32,000 nucleotides of DNA from Candidatus Methylomirabilis limnetica (GCF_003044035.1 NZ_NVQC01000010.1:15363-47362), one strand, 5' to 3'; positions 16,742 through 24,663 are shown, counted from the stretch's first letter. Notes: generated by a model from the letters alone, not told the origin. Made by a program: numbers and translations.

Positions 16742-18421
16742 ATGGACGACGAAGAGCGAATGAAAAGGCTTAAGCGCGAGTGCGATGACTGGCAGGCGAA
16801 TGTCCTTGAGCCTGCCCTTACGCGCACCCCGGAGCGGAAAAAAGAGTTCCGGACCAGCTCATGCATCGAGGTGAAGCGTCTCTATACGCCCCTGGATCTT
16901 GCCGATCATGACTATCTGGATCGGCTGGGATTTCCGGGTAGCTACCCGTATACCCGCGGGGTGAGGCCGACGATGTATCGAAGTCGCCCTTGGACCATGC
17001 GGCAGTACGCCGGCTACGGAGTTGCGGAGGAGACCAACCGGCGGTTCCACTTTCTACTTGAGCAGGGCCAGACAGGGCTGTCGGTAGCCTTCGATCTTCC
17101 TACCCAGCTCGGGTATGATGCGGATGACCCGATGGCCGCCGGCGAGGTGGGCAAGGTAGGTGTAGCCATCGACTCCCTGGCCGATATGGAGACGCTGCTG
17201 CTAGGCATTCCCCTAGATCGGGTGAGTGTCTCCATGACCATCAATGCCACCGCGGCTATCCTGCTGGCGATGTATGTGGTCGTTGCCGGTCGACAGGGCG
17301 TCGCGTCCGAACAGCTTGCGGGGACCATTCAGAACGATATCCTCAAGGAATATATTGCTCGTGGGACCTATATCTTTCCGCCCGGACCTTCTATGCGTCT
17401 AGTGACCGACACGGTCGCGTACTGTGCCGCGCATCTTCCGCGCTGGAACGCGATCAGCGTCAGTGGGTACCATATTCGGGAGGCAGGTTCGACGGCAGTC
17501 CAGGAGGTGGCCTTCACACTGGCCGATGGCATCGCCTATGTGGAGGCGGCAATCACTGCTGGTCTTGACGTGGATCGCGTTGCCTCGCAGATCTCCTTCT
17601 TCTTCAACGCCCATAACGATCTCCTGGAGGAGGTAGCCAAGTTTCGGGCGGCTCGTCGCCTCTGGGCTAGGATGATGCGGCGGCGGTTGGGCGCACGCGA
17701 CCCGAGATCGTGGATGATGCGCTTTCATGCGCAGACCTCCGGCGTGAGCCTCACGGCGCAACAGGCTGAGAACAATGTCGTCCGCGTGGCACTGCAGGCT
17801 CTCGCTGCGGTTCTTGGTGGGGTTCAGTCGCTGCACACCGACTCGCGCGATGAGGCGCTGGGACTTCCCACCGAAGACGCGGCCCGCCTCGCGCTCAGGA
17901 CCCAGCAGATCATCGCCTATGAGAGTGGGGTAACCAACACTATTGATCCGCTCGGCGGCTCCTACTATCTGGAAGCGTTGACCGATCGGATAGAGCGAGA
18001 GGCCACCGCCTACATTGAAAGAATCGACGCTATGGGAGGGATGCTTCGGGCGATCGAGGTTGGATTCATCCAACGGGAAATCCAGGAGGCTGCATACCGG
18101 GAGCAGTTAGCTACGGAGGAAAGGCAGCGCATCGTGGTTGGAGTAAACGACTATACTACCGCCGAGCCTGTCCACATCCCCGTCTTTGCTGTCGATCCCA
18201 AGGTTGAGATGGAGCAGCGGGCGAAACTTGATCGGCTCCGTCGCAGTCGAGATAACAGCAGTGTGGAGCGGGTCCTCCATGCGGTGGATAAGGCGGCGAG
18301 AGGGAGCGATAACCTGCTGCCGGTCTTGATCGAGGCGGTCGAGGCCTACGCCACTATTGGGGAGATCTGCGGCGCGTTGCGGTGCGTCTTCGGAGAGCAT
18401 CGCGAATCGGTCGCACTATGA
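16742..18421 (+). CDS. Methylmalonyl-CoA mutase, catalytic (large, N-terminal TIM-barrel) subunit without a B12-binding domain
   Basis: About 559 aa. [20 protein letters not shown] and similar mutase motifs, ending ...[20 protein letters not shown]. An alternative GTG start at 16715 lies inside the repeat element. Confidence 0.92.
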   Translation: MDDEERMKRLKRECDDWQANVLEPALTRTPERKKEFRTSSCIEVKRLYTPLDLADHDYLDRLGFPGSYPYTRGVRPTMYRSRPWTMRQYAGYGVAEETNRRFHFLLEQGQTGLSVAFDLPTQLGYDADDPMAAGEVGKVGVAIDSLADMETLLLGIPLDRVSVSMTINATAAILLAMYVVVAGRQGVASEQLAGTIQNDILKEYIARGTYIFPPGPSMRLVTDTVAYCAAHLPRWNAISVSGYHIREAGSTAVQEVAFTLADGIAYVEAAITAGLDVDRVASQISFFFNAHNDLLEEVAKFRAARRLWARMMRRRLGARDPRSWMMRFHAQTSGVSLTAQQAENNVVRVALQALAAVLGGVQSLHTDSRDEALGLPTEDAARLALRTQQIIAYESGVTNTIDPLGGSYYLEALTDRIEREATAYIERIDAMGGMLRAIEVGFIQREIQEAAYREQLATEERQRIVVGVNDYTTAEPVHIPVFAVDPKVEMEQRAKLDRLRRSRDNSSVERVLHAVDKAARGSDNLLPVLIEAVEAYATIGEICGALRCVFGEHRESVAL

Positions 18422-18437
18422 CAGGCGCGAAGCTTAC

Positions 18438-18490
18438 AGCAGTCAGCTTTCAGCTTCTTGGTGATAGCTGATGGCTGATAGCTGACTGCT
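18438..18490. repeat. Hairpin built from heptamer arrays: AGCAGTCAGCTTTCAGC (18438-18454) pairs with GCTGATAGCTGACTGCT (18474-18490). The right arm is part of GATAGCT GATGGCT GATAGCT GACTGCT.
   Basis: 17-bp stem with 1 mismatch and a 19-nt loop. TGA/TAG triplets at 18462-18485 hit all three + frames. No T-tract follows. Confidence 0.85.
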
Positions 18491-18507
18491 CTCCTGGCTG
18501 GAATATT

Positions 18508-18918
18508 ATGGTTCGTCGGATCGAGCATATTGCCATTGCGGTGAAAGACGTTGAGACCTCGGTGAGGCTATTCGAAACGCTTCTGGGGAAGAGTTGTGGT
18601 TCTATCGAGACGCTTCCAGATGAGCGCGTGAAGGTGGCATTCTTCGAGCTTGATGGAGGTCGAATAGAGTTGGTGGAGGGAATCGGCTCGGATAACCCCA
18701 CGAGTAAATTTATCGAGAGGCGGGGCGAGGGTCTCCATCATATCTGCCTTGAGGTCGAAGACCTGCCTGAGACCCTGAGGCTCCTCCATGCTGCCGGATT
18801 CCCCCTCATCGACACGGCTCCCAAGCCGGGGTCCAGCGGTACGAGGGTAGCCTTCTTGCACCCAAAGGGATGCAATGGTGTGCTCATAGAGCTTGTTGAG
18901 CAACCCAGTGAAGCGTAG
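18508..18918 (+). CDS. mce: Methylmalonyl-CoA epimerase (VOC/glyoxalase fold)
   Basis: 136 aa with RIEHIAIAV...GEGLHHICLEV...FLHPK..GVLIELVE. Its position next to the mutase supports the call. Confidence 0.88.
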   Translation: MVRRIEHIAIAVKDVETSVRLFETLLGKSCGSIETLPDERVKVAFFELDGGRIELVEGIGSDNPTSKFIERRGEGLHHICLEVEDLPETLRLLHAAGFPLIDTAPKPGSSGTRVAFLHPKGCNGVLIELVEQPSEA

Positions 18919-18934
18919 TCGCTGGAGGATCACT

Positions 18935-20869
18935 ATGGGTTGCAGACGATTTATTCCGCTGGTTCCAACTCCTCGCATTGCGTTTCTTTTTGTCCTTCTA
19001 TTCTCCATATCCCTCATCGCCTCGCCCAGCGGGATGGCGCTGGGACAAGAACGAACGCCTGTTCGAGGCGGAAGCCCCTCTTCCGCTAGAGAGCCGCAGG
19101 GCGGATTTGCTGAATCCGCCAGGGTTGTGGCCGAACGACTCGCCGCTTCCTTTCCCCGCGTTGATGGTCTTGTCATCGGATTCGAGCGCGGTCAGGTTCT
19201 GATTGATCGTGGGACGGCAGAGGGTGTTTTCCAGGGAATGGAACTCGACGTGTTCCGTGAAGGGGAAGAGTTTAAACACCCGCTCACGGGAGAGATCCTG
19301 GGAAGGTTAGATAAGGACCTGGGGATGCTCCGAGTCCTTCGCGCTCACGAGCGCTATTCCGAGGCTACCGTGATCAAAAAGGCCGAAAAGGCCGGCTTTC
19401 AAAAAGGTGATCGGGTGAGGGTCTCCATGGCGCGGATGATCGTGGCATTTCCCAATGTCGACGTTGAAGGGGTCAGTGGAGTGGGTGCGCGATCGATGAC
19501 CAAGGAACTGGCCGCCGCCCTGGTTCGGACAGCGCGTTTCGAGCTGATTGATGAGCGACAGTTGCGATCGATGTTGTTGGCTGACAAGAACCTGAGACCG
19601 GAAGAGTTAGCAGATCCTCTAATACTCAAACAACTTTCTGACAAAGGTAAGGTCCAAACGCTTCTGCTGAGCCGCCTGACGCCCACAGCGGACGGCATGT
19701 CTCTCGATGTGCAGGTCTATTCAACGTTGACCGGTAACCCGATCGTCCTTGCCAGTGCACAGGTACATCCTGGTGTCATTACTCACGACAAGCCGTCCAG
19801 TGGACCCCGGACTGCTGTGGCTGCTAGACCGGCTGTGACGGCGCCGCCGGATACTAGCAAGCCGGCCATTGCACCCCCCCAAGCATCCAGCAGGCCAACA
19901 GTCGCGTCCATGCCTTCAGAACATGTTGTACTTGATCCTGTACTCGACGGCTCCATGATGGCTATGGCGGTTGCCGATCTGGAAGGCGACGGAAAGAGCG
20001 AGCTTCTCCTGGCAGGGGTTGATCGACTTGTCGCTTTTCGAATCGATGGTCCCGACCTCAGGCCTCTTGCGGAGTACTCGTTGAGCGGCAAAGGAACGGT
20101 GGTGACTCTGGAGGCAAATGACGTCACTGGCGATGGAGTGGTCGAGGTCATCATGACCTTGTCGCATAAGGGTCGTTTTAACGCCCTGGTTTTTCAGTGG
20201 GCAGACGGTAAGCTCAGACCGATCTTGGAGATACCAGACCTTGTTCTCCGACCTCTGTTTTCCAACGGTAAAACACCTCAGCTCTTTGGCCAGGCGCTGG
20301 TGCCAGGGGATCGGACCACGAAACCGATCCACCAGTACACGTGGGATGGACGGAACTTCCAGCCGGGACCTGCCCTCGATGTTCCGGAGGGTGTCTTGCT
20401 GCTGGAATTCATGATGGTCGATCTTGGTGGGGATGGAGCAGTGCGGCTCGTAACTTTCAAGGGGGGGACAACACTTGAAGTCCACTCACAAACCGGAGAT
20501 CGTATTGGGAGCCATAAAGTGAGTGAAGAGGCGATGGCTCCAAAGAACCGAACGTGGCATCGGATTCTGATTGAAAAGGAAATAGTCGGAGAGAGGCCGC
20601 AAATAATTCTGCAGCGAGAACAAGAGGCTGGAGTCTGGACGCGACGCTATTGGACTGGAAGCACGGCGATAAGCTTGACCGTTCTAAAATGGGATGGAGC
20701 CAGATTCCATGAGGTGAGGGAGATGCCCATATCTGATGGAGCGCTGGTCGACTATGCTGTTGCAGATCTTGGGGAAGGGCTTGGGCGCCGCCTCCTCGCG
20801 CTCGTTGTGAAGAGCGGAAGATTGGGATTGGGCAAAAGAAGCGAGATTCAAGGCTTTCGGCTGCAATGA
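18935..20869 (+). CDS. Secreted/periplasmic protein with an N-terminal beta-barrel-like plus CsgG/LpoB-like region, a Pro-rich linker and FG-GAP/VCBS-like repeats
   Basis: ATG at 18935 after GGAGGA. Signal-peptide-like MGCRRFIPLVPTPRIAFLFVLLFSISLIASPSGMALG. Repeats VADLEGDGKSELLLAG, ANDVTGDGVVEVIMT, MVDLGGDGAVRLVTF and VADLGEGLGRRLLALV. Confidence 0.7.
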   Translation: MGCRRFIPLVPTPRIAFLFVLLFSISLIASPSGMALGQERTPVRGGSPSSAREPQGGFAESARVVAERLAASFPRVDGLVIGFERGQVLIDRGTAEGVFQGMELDVFREGEEFKHPLTGEILGRLDKDLGMLRVLRAHERYSEATVIKKAEKAGFQKGDRVRVSMARMIVAFPNVDVEGVSGVGARSMTKELAAALVRTARFELIDERQLRSMLLADKNLRPEELADPLILKQLSDKGKVQTLLLSRLTPTADGMSLDVQVYSTLTGNPIVLASAQVHPGVITHDKPSSGPRTAVAARPAVTAPPDTSKPAIAPPQASSRPTVASMPSEHVVLDPVLDGSMMAMAVADLEGDGKSELLLAGVDRLVAFRIDGPDLRPLAEYSLSGKGTVVTLEANDVTGDGVVEVIMTLSHKGRFNALVFQWADGKLRPILEIPDLVLRPLFSNGKTPQLFGQALVPGDRTTKPIHQYTWDGRNFQPGPALDVPEGVLLLEFMMVDLGGDGAVRLVTFKGGTTLEVHSQTGDRIGSHKVSEEAMAPKNRTWHRILIEKEIVGERPQIILQREQEAGVWTRRYWTGSTAISLTVLKWDGARFHEVREMPISDGALVDYAVADLGEGLGRRLLALVVKSGRLGLGKRSEIQGFRLQ

Positions 20870-20933
20870 CACTCTTGTCTATCTGGTCATTTGATCTAAT
20901 CTGTACCCATAACCCATCTCCCCTTTTGCAACA

Positions 20934-20968
20934 CCTTGAACCTTGAACGTCGAACCTTGAACCTTGAA
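20934..20968 (+). repeat. Five tandem heptamers CCTTGAA CCTTGAA CGTCGAA CCTTGAA CCTTGAA
   Basis: Read directly, in the convergent spacer between the FG-GAP gene and bfr. Confidence 0.9.
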
Positions 20969-20979
20969 CATTGCCCTTC

Positions 20980-21456
20980 TTAGCTCTTCTCGTACATCTG
21001 CTCTGCTAGATAGTTTTCATACCCCAGTTCGCTGATCTTGTGAAGCTGCTCCTCGAGCCAACCTACATGACGTTCTTCATCGACAGTGATGCGCTCCAGC
21101 AACTCTCGGCTTCCGTTGTCTTGAAGCTCGATGCAGAGCTGCACGCCGGGATTCAAGACCTGGAGCGCAGCCATCTCCAGCGCGAGATCGTTCTCCAGTT
21201 GCTGCCGAACATTTGTGCCAATCGTAAGCCGGTCAGGGCCGGACATGTTTGGGGCGCCATCAAGGAATAGGATGCGCTCGATGATCTTGTCGGCATGTTT
21301 CATCTCGTCTATCGATTCATCAAAGATCGCCTTGGCCAGGACCTGATAACCCCAGCTCTTACACATTCTGGAGTGCAGGAAATACTGGCTGATCCCCGTC
21401 AGCTCCATCCGGAGCGCACTGTTCAATAGCTCAATGATCTGCGGCTGTCCTTGCAT
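20980..21456 (-). CDS. bfr: Bacterioferritin
   Basis: 158 aa ferritin-like four-helix protein. Heme-axial Met context DEMKHADK and ferroxidase Glu/His pattern. SD GAGGAG. Confidence 0.92.
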   Translation of the reverse strand: MQGQPQIIELLNSALRMELTGISQYFLHSRMCKSWGYQVLAKAIFDESIDEMKHADKIIERILFLDGAPNMSGPDRLTIGTNVRQQLENDLALEMAALQVLNPGVQLCIELQDNGSRELLERITVDEERHVGWLEEQLHKISELGYENYLAEQMYEKS

Positions 21457-21498
21457 CTGATCTCCTCAACTGGAAGGTAGGGGTTAGTAAACTCGCGC

Positions 21499-21653
21499 GT
21501 AACTACTCAGGTAGATAGGCTGAAGGCTGAAGGCTTTTAGGGGTAAGTCATGCGTGATCATACAAAGCTCCGAAAAGGTCTTGAATGGCTGATTTGTGCC
21601 TTACGAGATAATTTAGAACCTTCAGCCTTCAGCCTAAACACCTGATTAGTTAC
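21499..21653 (+). mobile_element. 155-bp MITE-like cassette with 35-bp terminal inverted repeats that contain GGCTGAA/CCTTCAG heptamer pairs, enclosing a 31-codon remnant ORF (21550-21645)
   Basis: The left TIR is 21499-21533. Its reverse complement CCTTCAGCCTTCAGCCTATCTACCTGAGTAGTTAC matches the right TIR 21619-21653 (CCTTCAGCCTTCAGCCTAAACACCTGATTAGTTAC) at 31 of 35 positions. The internal ORF reads MRDHTKLRKGLEWLICALRDNLEPSAFSLNT. Confidence 0.6.
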
Positions 21654-21726
21654 AGCCCATCAATCTCTTCTAGACTAAGTTCGCACGTGATGATGTTCGC
21701 ATAATTGGCCGGGGGTGCGGGGTGTC

Positions 21727-23499
21727 TTACGTATTCTTTAAGAAGTTTCGCGCTTCTTTGTAGGCGGGATCGATCTCCATAGCTCGCCTGGCGCAACGAA
21801 CGGCTCCACTACTATCGCCTAATTCCTTCAGGCAGGTAGCCTTATGGAGCCATGCCTCCTTGAAATTGCTGTCGTAGCGGAGCGCCTCATTGAAGCAGGT
21901 GATCGCGGTGGAGTGACGTTTCTGGCTCAAGAGGCATGACCCCTTGCAGTGCCATGCCTTCAGGAGCTTGCTCGGGTCCGTCAGCTCTTTGATCGCGCGG
22001 TCGAACAGCTCAATCGCACAGTCGAACTCTTGTATGTGCATCAGGGCCTTGCCGTTACTCAGAATGGTATCGCTGTTGAGAGAGCTGGGGGTTCCAACCC
22101 CCTTTTGGGCAGCGATCCCTGTGGCTGGTGGCACGGCAAGAGTGAGATACGATTCACCCTTTATGGAGAAAAACAGCTCCTCATCGCTGGCCGCTTTGGC
22201 CGTTATCCGATAGAGGTGACCCCTTACCCCTTTATGGCGGAGCAGCTCATCGAATCGGCTATCCTGCACGTCGCTTGCGTATCGGAGAAGCAGGGTGGAG
22301 TAGAGAGTGCTGAGGTGTTGGCTCCGGAGTCGGTCCTTCTCCAGGCTTGACAGGGGGCGGCGTTCCAGCTCGTCCGAGATAGAGAGAAGCTCATCTATTG
22401 GTGCAAATAGGGCGTAGGAAAGGGCTGAGGGGGAGACCGCCAGAAACTTTGGAAGCCAGGACCTCTCCTCCTCAGAGAGTTTCAGGTGAAAGCGTCCCTC
22501 CAAATAGGGAAGCAGTCCAGCCACTAACATCTGGACCGCAAAGTTCGAGCGGAGGAACTTGAATCGCTGAGATCCATCCAGGAACTGGCGGGCCAGGTTG
22601 AGGAAGATATCGAATTCTGGCTTGATGGAATAACGATTAAACCGCCACCGCGGCAGACCGGCAGGCTCTGTGATGAGGAACCCTTCATCGAGAAGCTCCT
22701 GCATCACCTCCCGAAGATCGCTTAGGGGTTCTTTGGTATCCCGCGACAGGAACTCGATGTTCTTTTGCCCGGACTCTGCCAGGGCAAGGAGGACCTTTTC
22801 CATGGCTTGCAGGTTCAGGCCGCGCTTTCCCTTCAAGGAGCCATCTAGCCGTTTGATGGAGATGGCCACGCGAGGGGAGACCGGTGATCCGTAGGCATCA
22901 AGAGCCGCGTATGCAGCCCCTCTTTTGGACTCAATTCGAAAAATCCAGTAGAACCTTCCCGCCATTAAGACGAGGTTCCCTGCCCCAGGTCTTGCCATAA
23001 CCCGGCCCTCGATCGTGTGGACGATGTGATCGGAGGAAGCGATTAGCTTTGCACGCCGAAGCAGGACACACATCTTGTCAACCCCGAACAGGTGATAGTC
23101 ACCCCTCGCCGCGGCATCAAGACGTGAAAACCAGTTTCGGGCGGTTGGGTGGAAACCGGAAACGGAGAAGAAGATACCAATAAGGTCCTTATCCTGGCGC
23201 CGCGCCTGCATATAGCGTCTATGTACTCCCTGCAGTTCCTCCAGGCGAACCTCGTGAGGGATTGTACACCCATAGCAGTGCAGGCGGTGAGCGCTGGAAC
23301 GGTGGCGTGCCTTCAGATCGATGGTAAGACGTATTGCGGAAAGCTTAGGGTGAAAATCGGTATAGCCGAGATCGTCGAGGAGGTCCTCTATGAGCTGCGC
23401 TAAGGCGAGCGCCCTCTCTTTGTTAGATCCAGCCAGGATCTTCATACCGATCGCCTCAGAAGGCGGTTTTGCTGTAATCCTTGGCTGTTTTCGTGTCAC
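21727..23499 (-). CDS. Hypothetical 590-aa protein with an N-terminal Mrr-cat-like (restriction-endonuclease fold) region, a central winged-helix-like segment and C-terminal TPR repeats
   Basis: Long ORF with a GTG start after GAGGAGG. The N-terminus LIEDLLDDLGYTDF...IDLKA...LHCYGC...LIGIFFSVSGFHPTARNWF resembles the Mrr_cat layout, but no clear E/QxK is present. LLALAESGQKNIEFLSRDTKEPLSDLREVMQELLDEGFLI looks like a wHTH. The last ~110 aa are TPR-like (AIELFDRAIKE..., AITCFNEALRYD..., AVRCARRAMEIDP). No P-loop. The gene is visibly lower in GC than its neighbours. Confidence 0.8.
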   Translation of the reverse strand: MTRKQPRITAKPPSEAIGMKILAGSNKERALALAQLIEDLLDDLGYTDFHPKLSAIRLTIDLKARHRSSAHRLHCYGCTIPHEVRLEELQGVHRRYMQARRQDKDLIGIFFSVSGFHPTARNWFSRLDAAARGDYHLFGVDKMCVLLRRAKLIASSDHIVHTIEGRVMARPGAGNLVLMAGRFYWIFRIESKRGAAYAALDAYGSPVSPRVAISIKRLDGSLKGKRGLNLQAMEKVLLALAESGQKNIEFLSRDTKEPLSDLREVMQELLDEGFLITEPAGLPRWRFNRYSIKPEFDIFLNLARQFLDGSQRFKFLRSNFAVQMLVAGLLPYLEGRFHLKLSEEERSWLPKFLAVSPSALSYALFAPIDELLSISDELERRPLSSLEKDRLRSQHLSTLYSTLLLRYASDVQDSRFDELLRHKGVRGHLYRITAKAASDEELFFSIKGESYLTLAVPPATGIAAQKGVGTPSSLNSDTILSNGKALMHIQEFDCAIELFDRAIKELTDPSKLLKAWHCKGSCLLSQKRHSTAITCFNEALRYDSNFKEAWLHKATCLKELGDSSGAVRCARRAMEIDPAYKEARNFLKNT

Positions 23500-23810
23500 C
23501 CTCGCTAACCCTCCTCGTACAACGGGTCCCTCGTGACTAACCTTTTTTTATTCAATTAACATAAGAAGCCTCAAAGGTCAAGCGAGAAGTTGTTTTCTTG
23601 GTAAATACTGGCTTGGAATCGTCTCAGGTTGACAATTTCGGAGGGATCATGGTATTGATTAGAGAAAGTGAAAGAAGTAATATTTCCTAGATAATGCATG
23701 AGGGATGGTTCGTAACATGCGTGTACAAAGGCGTTGTAAAGAATGTATCGTGATATCATTATTAGTTCCATCAAGATAATCGCTTAACGTGATCGAAGAA
23801 TCCCTCCTGA

Positions 23811-23870
23811 CCTCCCTTTTCCAAAGAGAGGTACCCCTCTTTGGAAAAGAGGGGCGAGGGGAGATTTTCT
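23811..23870. repeat. Two C5/G5-family hairpins, CCTCCCTTTTCCAAAGAGAGG (23811-23831) and CCCCTCTTT-GGA-AAAGAGGGG (23834-23854), plus a GGGGAGATTTT tail
   Basis: Read directly, 54 nt upstream of the moaD ATG. Confidence 0.8.
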
Positions 23871-23907
23871 TAGTGGAGCGATACGACCGGATCGTGGAGA
23901 GACTGCG

Positions 23908-24162
23908 ATGAAGGTTCGAGTGCGATGTTTCGCGGCCGTTCGTGAGATTGTCGGGGTCGGCGAGCTGATCGTTGATCTGCCGGAGGGGGCCGCGCTGATT
24001 CAGCTCATAAGCCAGCTTGGATCCCAGTTCCCGAGGTTGCAGGCGCTCACTGGATCGCTCCTGTTTTCAGTTAATCGAGAGTACGCTTCTACTGATAAGA
24101 GGTTGGCAGAGGGGGATGAAGTTGCGTTAATCCCCCCTGTGAGTGGGGGAACCGATGTTTGA
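23908..24162 (+). CDS. moaD: Molybdopterin synthase sulfur-carrier subunit MoaD (ThiS/MoaD fold), with 3 residues after the Gly-Gly
   Basis: 84 aa ending ...EGDEVALIPPVSGG-TDV. SD GGAGAG. It overlaps moaE by 8 nt. Confidence 0.85.
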   Translation: MKVRVRCFAAVREIVGVGELIVDLPEGAALIQLISQLGSQFPRLQALTGSLLFSVNREYASTDKRLAEGDEVALIPPVSGGTDV

Positions 24163-24577
24163 AATCACCGATCAGCCGCTCTCGCTGGAGCCGCTCGTGA
24201 ATGCCGTGAAGCGGTCGAGCTCTGGGGCCGTCGCAACCTTCCTCGGCGTGGTGCGAGAGCAGACGCGGGGTCGACAGGTCCGCTACTTAGAGTATGAAGC
24301 CTACCGGGAGATGGCGATTCCCAAGATGCGCGAGATCGTCGAAGAGATCCACCAGAAATGGAAGGTGGACGAGGTCGCCATGATGCACCGGATCGGCCAT
24401 CTACAGGTCGGGGAGGCGAGCGTGGCCATCGCCGTGTCTGCCCCCCACCGTCACGAGGCGCTCGCCGCCTGCGCCTACGCGATCGACCGCCTTAAAGAGA
24501 TTGTACCGATCTGGAAAAAGGAGGTCTGGACGGATGGTGAGGAGTGGGTCGGCCCCGGAACCTGCGAGCACCACTGA
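24155..24577 (+). CDS. moaE: Molybdopterin synthase catalytic subunit MoaE
   Basis: About 140 aa with GAVATFLGVVRE...YEAY..MA...VAIAVSAPHR..A..A....ID.LK...PIWKKE. The track's GTG at 24143 is an alternative start. Confidence 0.9.
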   Translation: MFEITDQPLSLEPLVNAVKRSSSGAVATFLGVVREQTRGRQVRYLEYEAYREMAIPKMREIVEEIHQKWKVDEVAMMHRIGHLQVGEASVAIAVSAPHRHEALAACAYAIDRLKEIVPIWKKEVWTDGEEWVGPGTCEHH

Positions 24578-24592
24578 AGAATTTGTCATTTT

Positions 24593-24663
24593 GTAGGGGC
24601 AGGCCTTGTGCCTGCCCAGATCGGGCGACCACAAGGGTCGCCCCTACGCCGAAGAGGGTGGGG
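24593..24663 (+). repeat. GTAG-type REP doublet GTAGGGGCAGGCCTTGTGCCTGCCC-AGATC-GGGCGACCACAAGGGTCGCCCCTAC plus a 16-nt G-rich extension. This is the left member of a 71-bp inverted pair.
   Basis: The 55-bp core 24593-24647 is the exact reverse complement of 28087-28141. With the extension the match is 69/71 against 28071-28141. Confidence 0.92.

Noticed and set aside
23571-23774. 67-aa minus-strand ORF in the AT-rich stretch upstream of the 590-aa gene
   Set aside because: It has no SD and an odd composition (MMELIMISRYILYNAF...). It lies in ~38% GC DNA, where random ORFs are expected. This is more likely promoter or leader DNA.
23775-23907. Moco riboswitch upstream of moaD
   Set aside because: The region is explained by two C5/G5 hairpins, and I could not recognise the conserved Moco-motif architecture. 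An Infernal scan with the Rfam Moco model would settle it.
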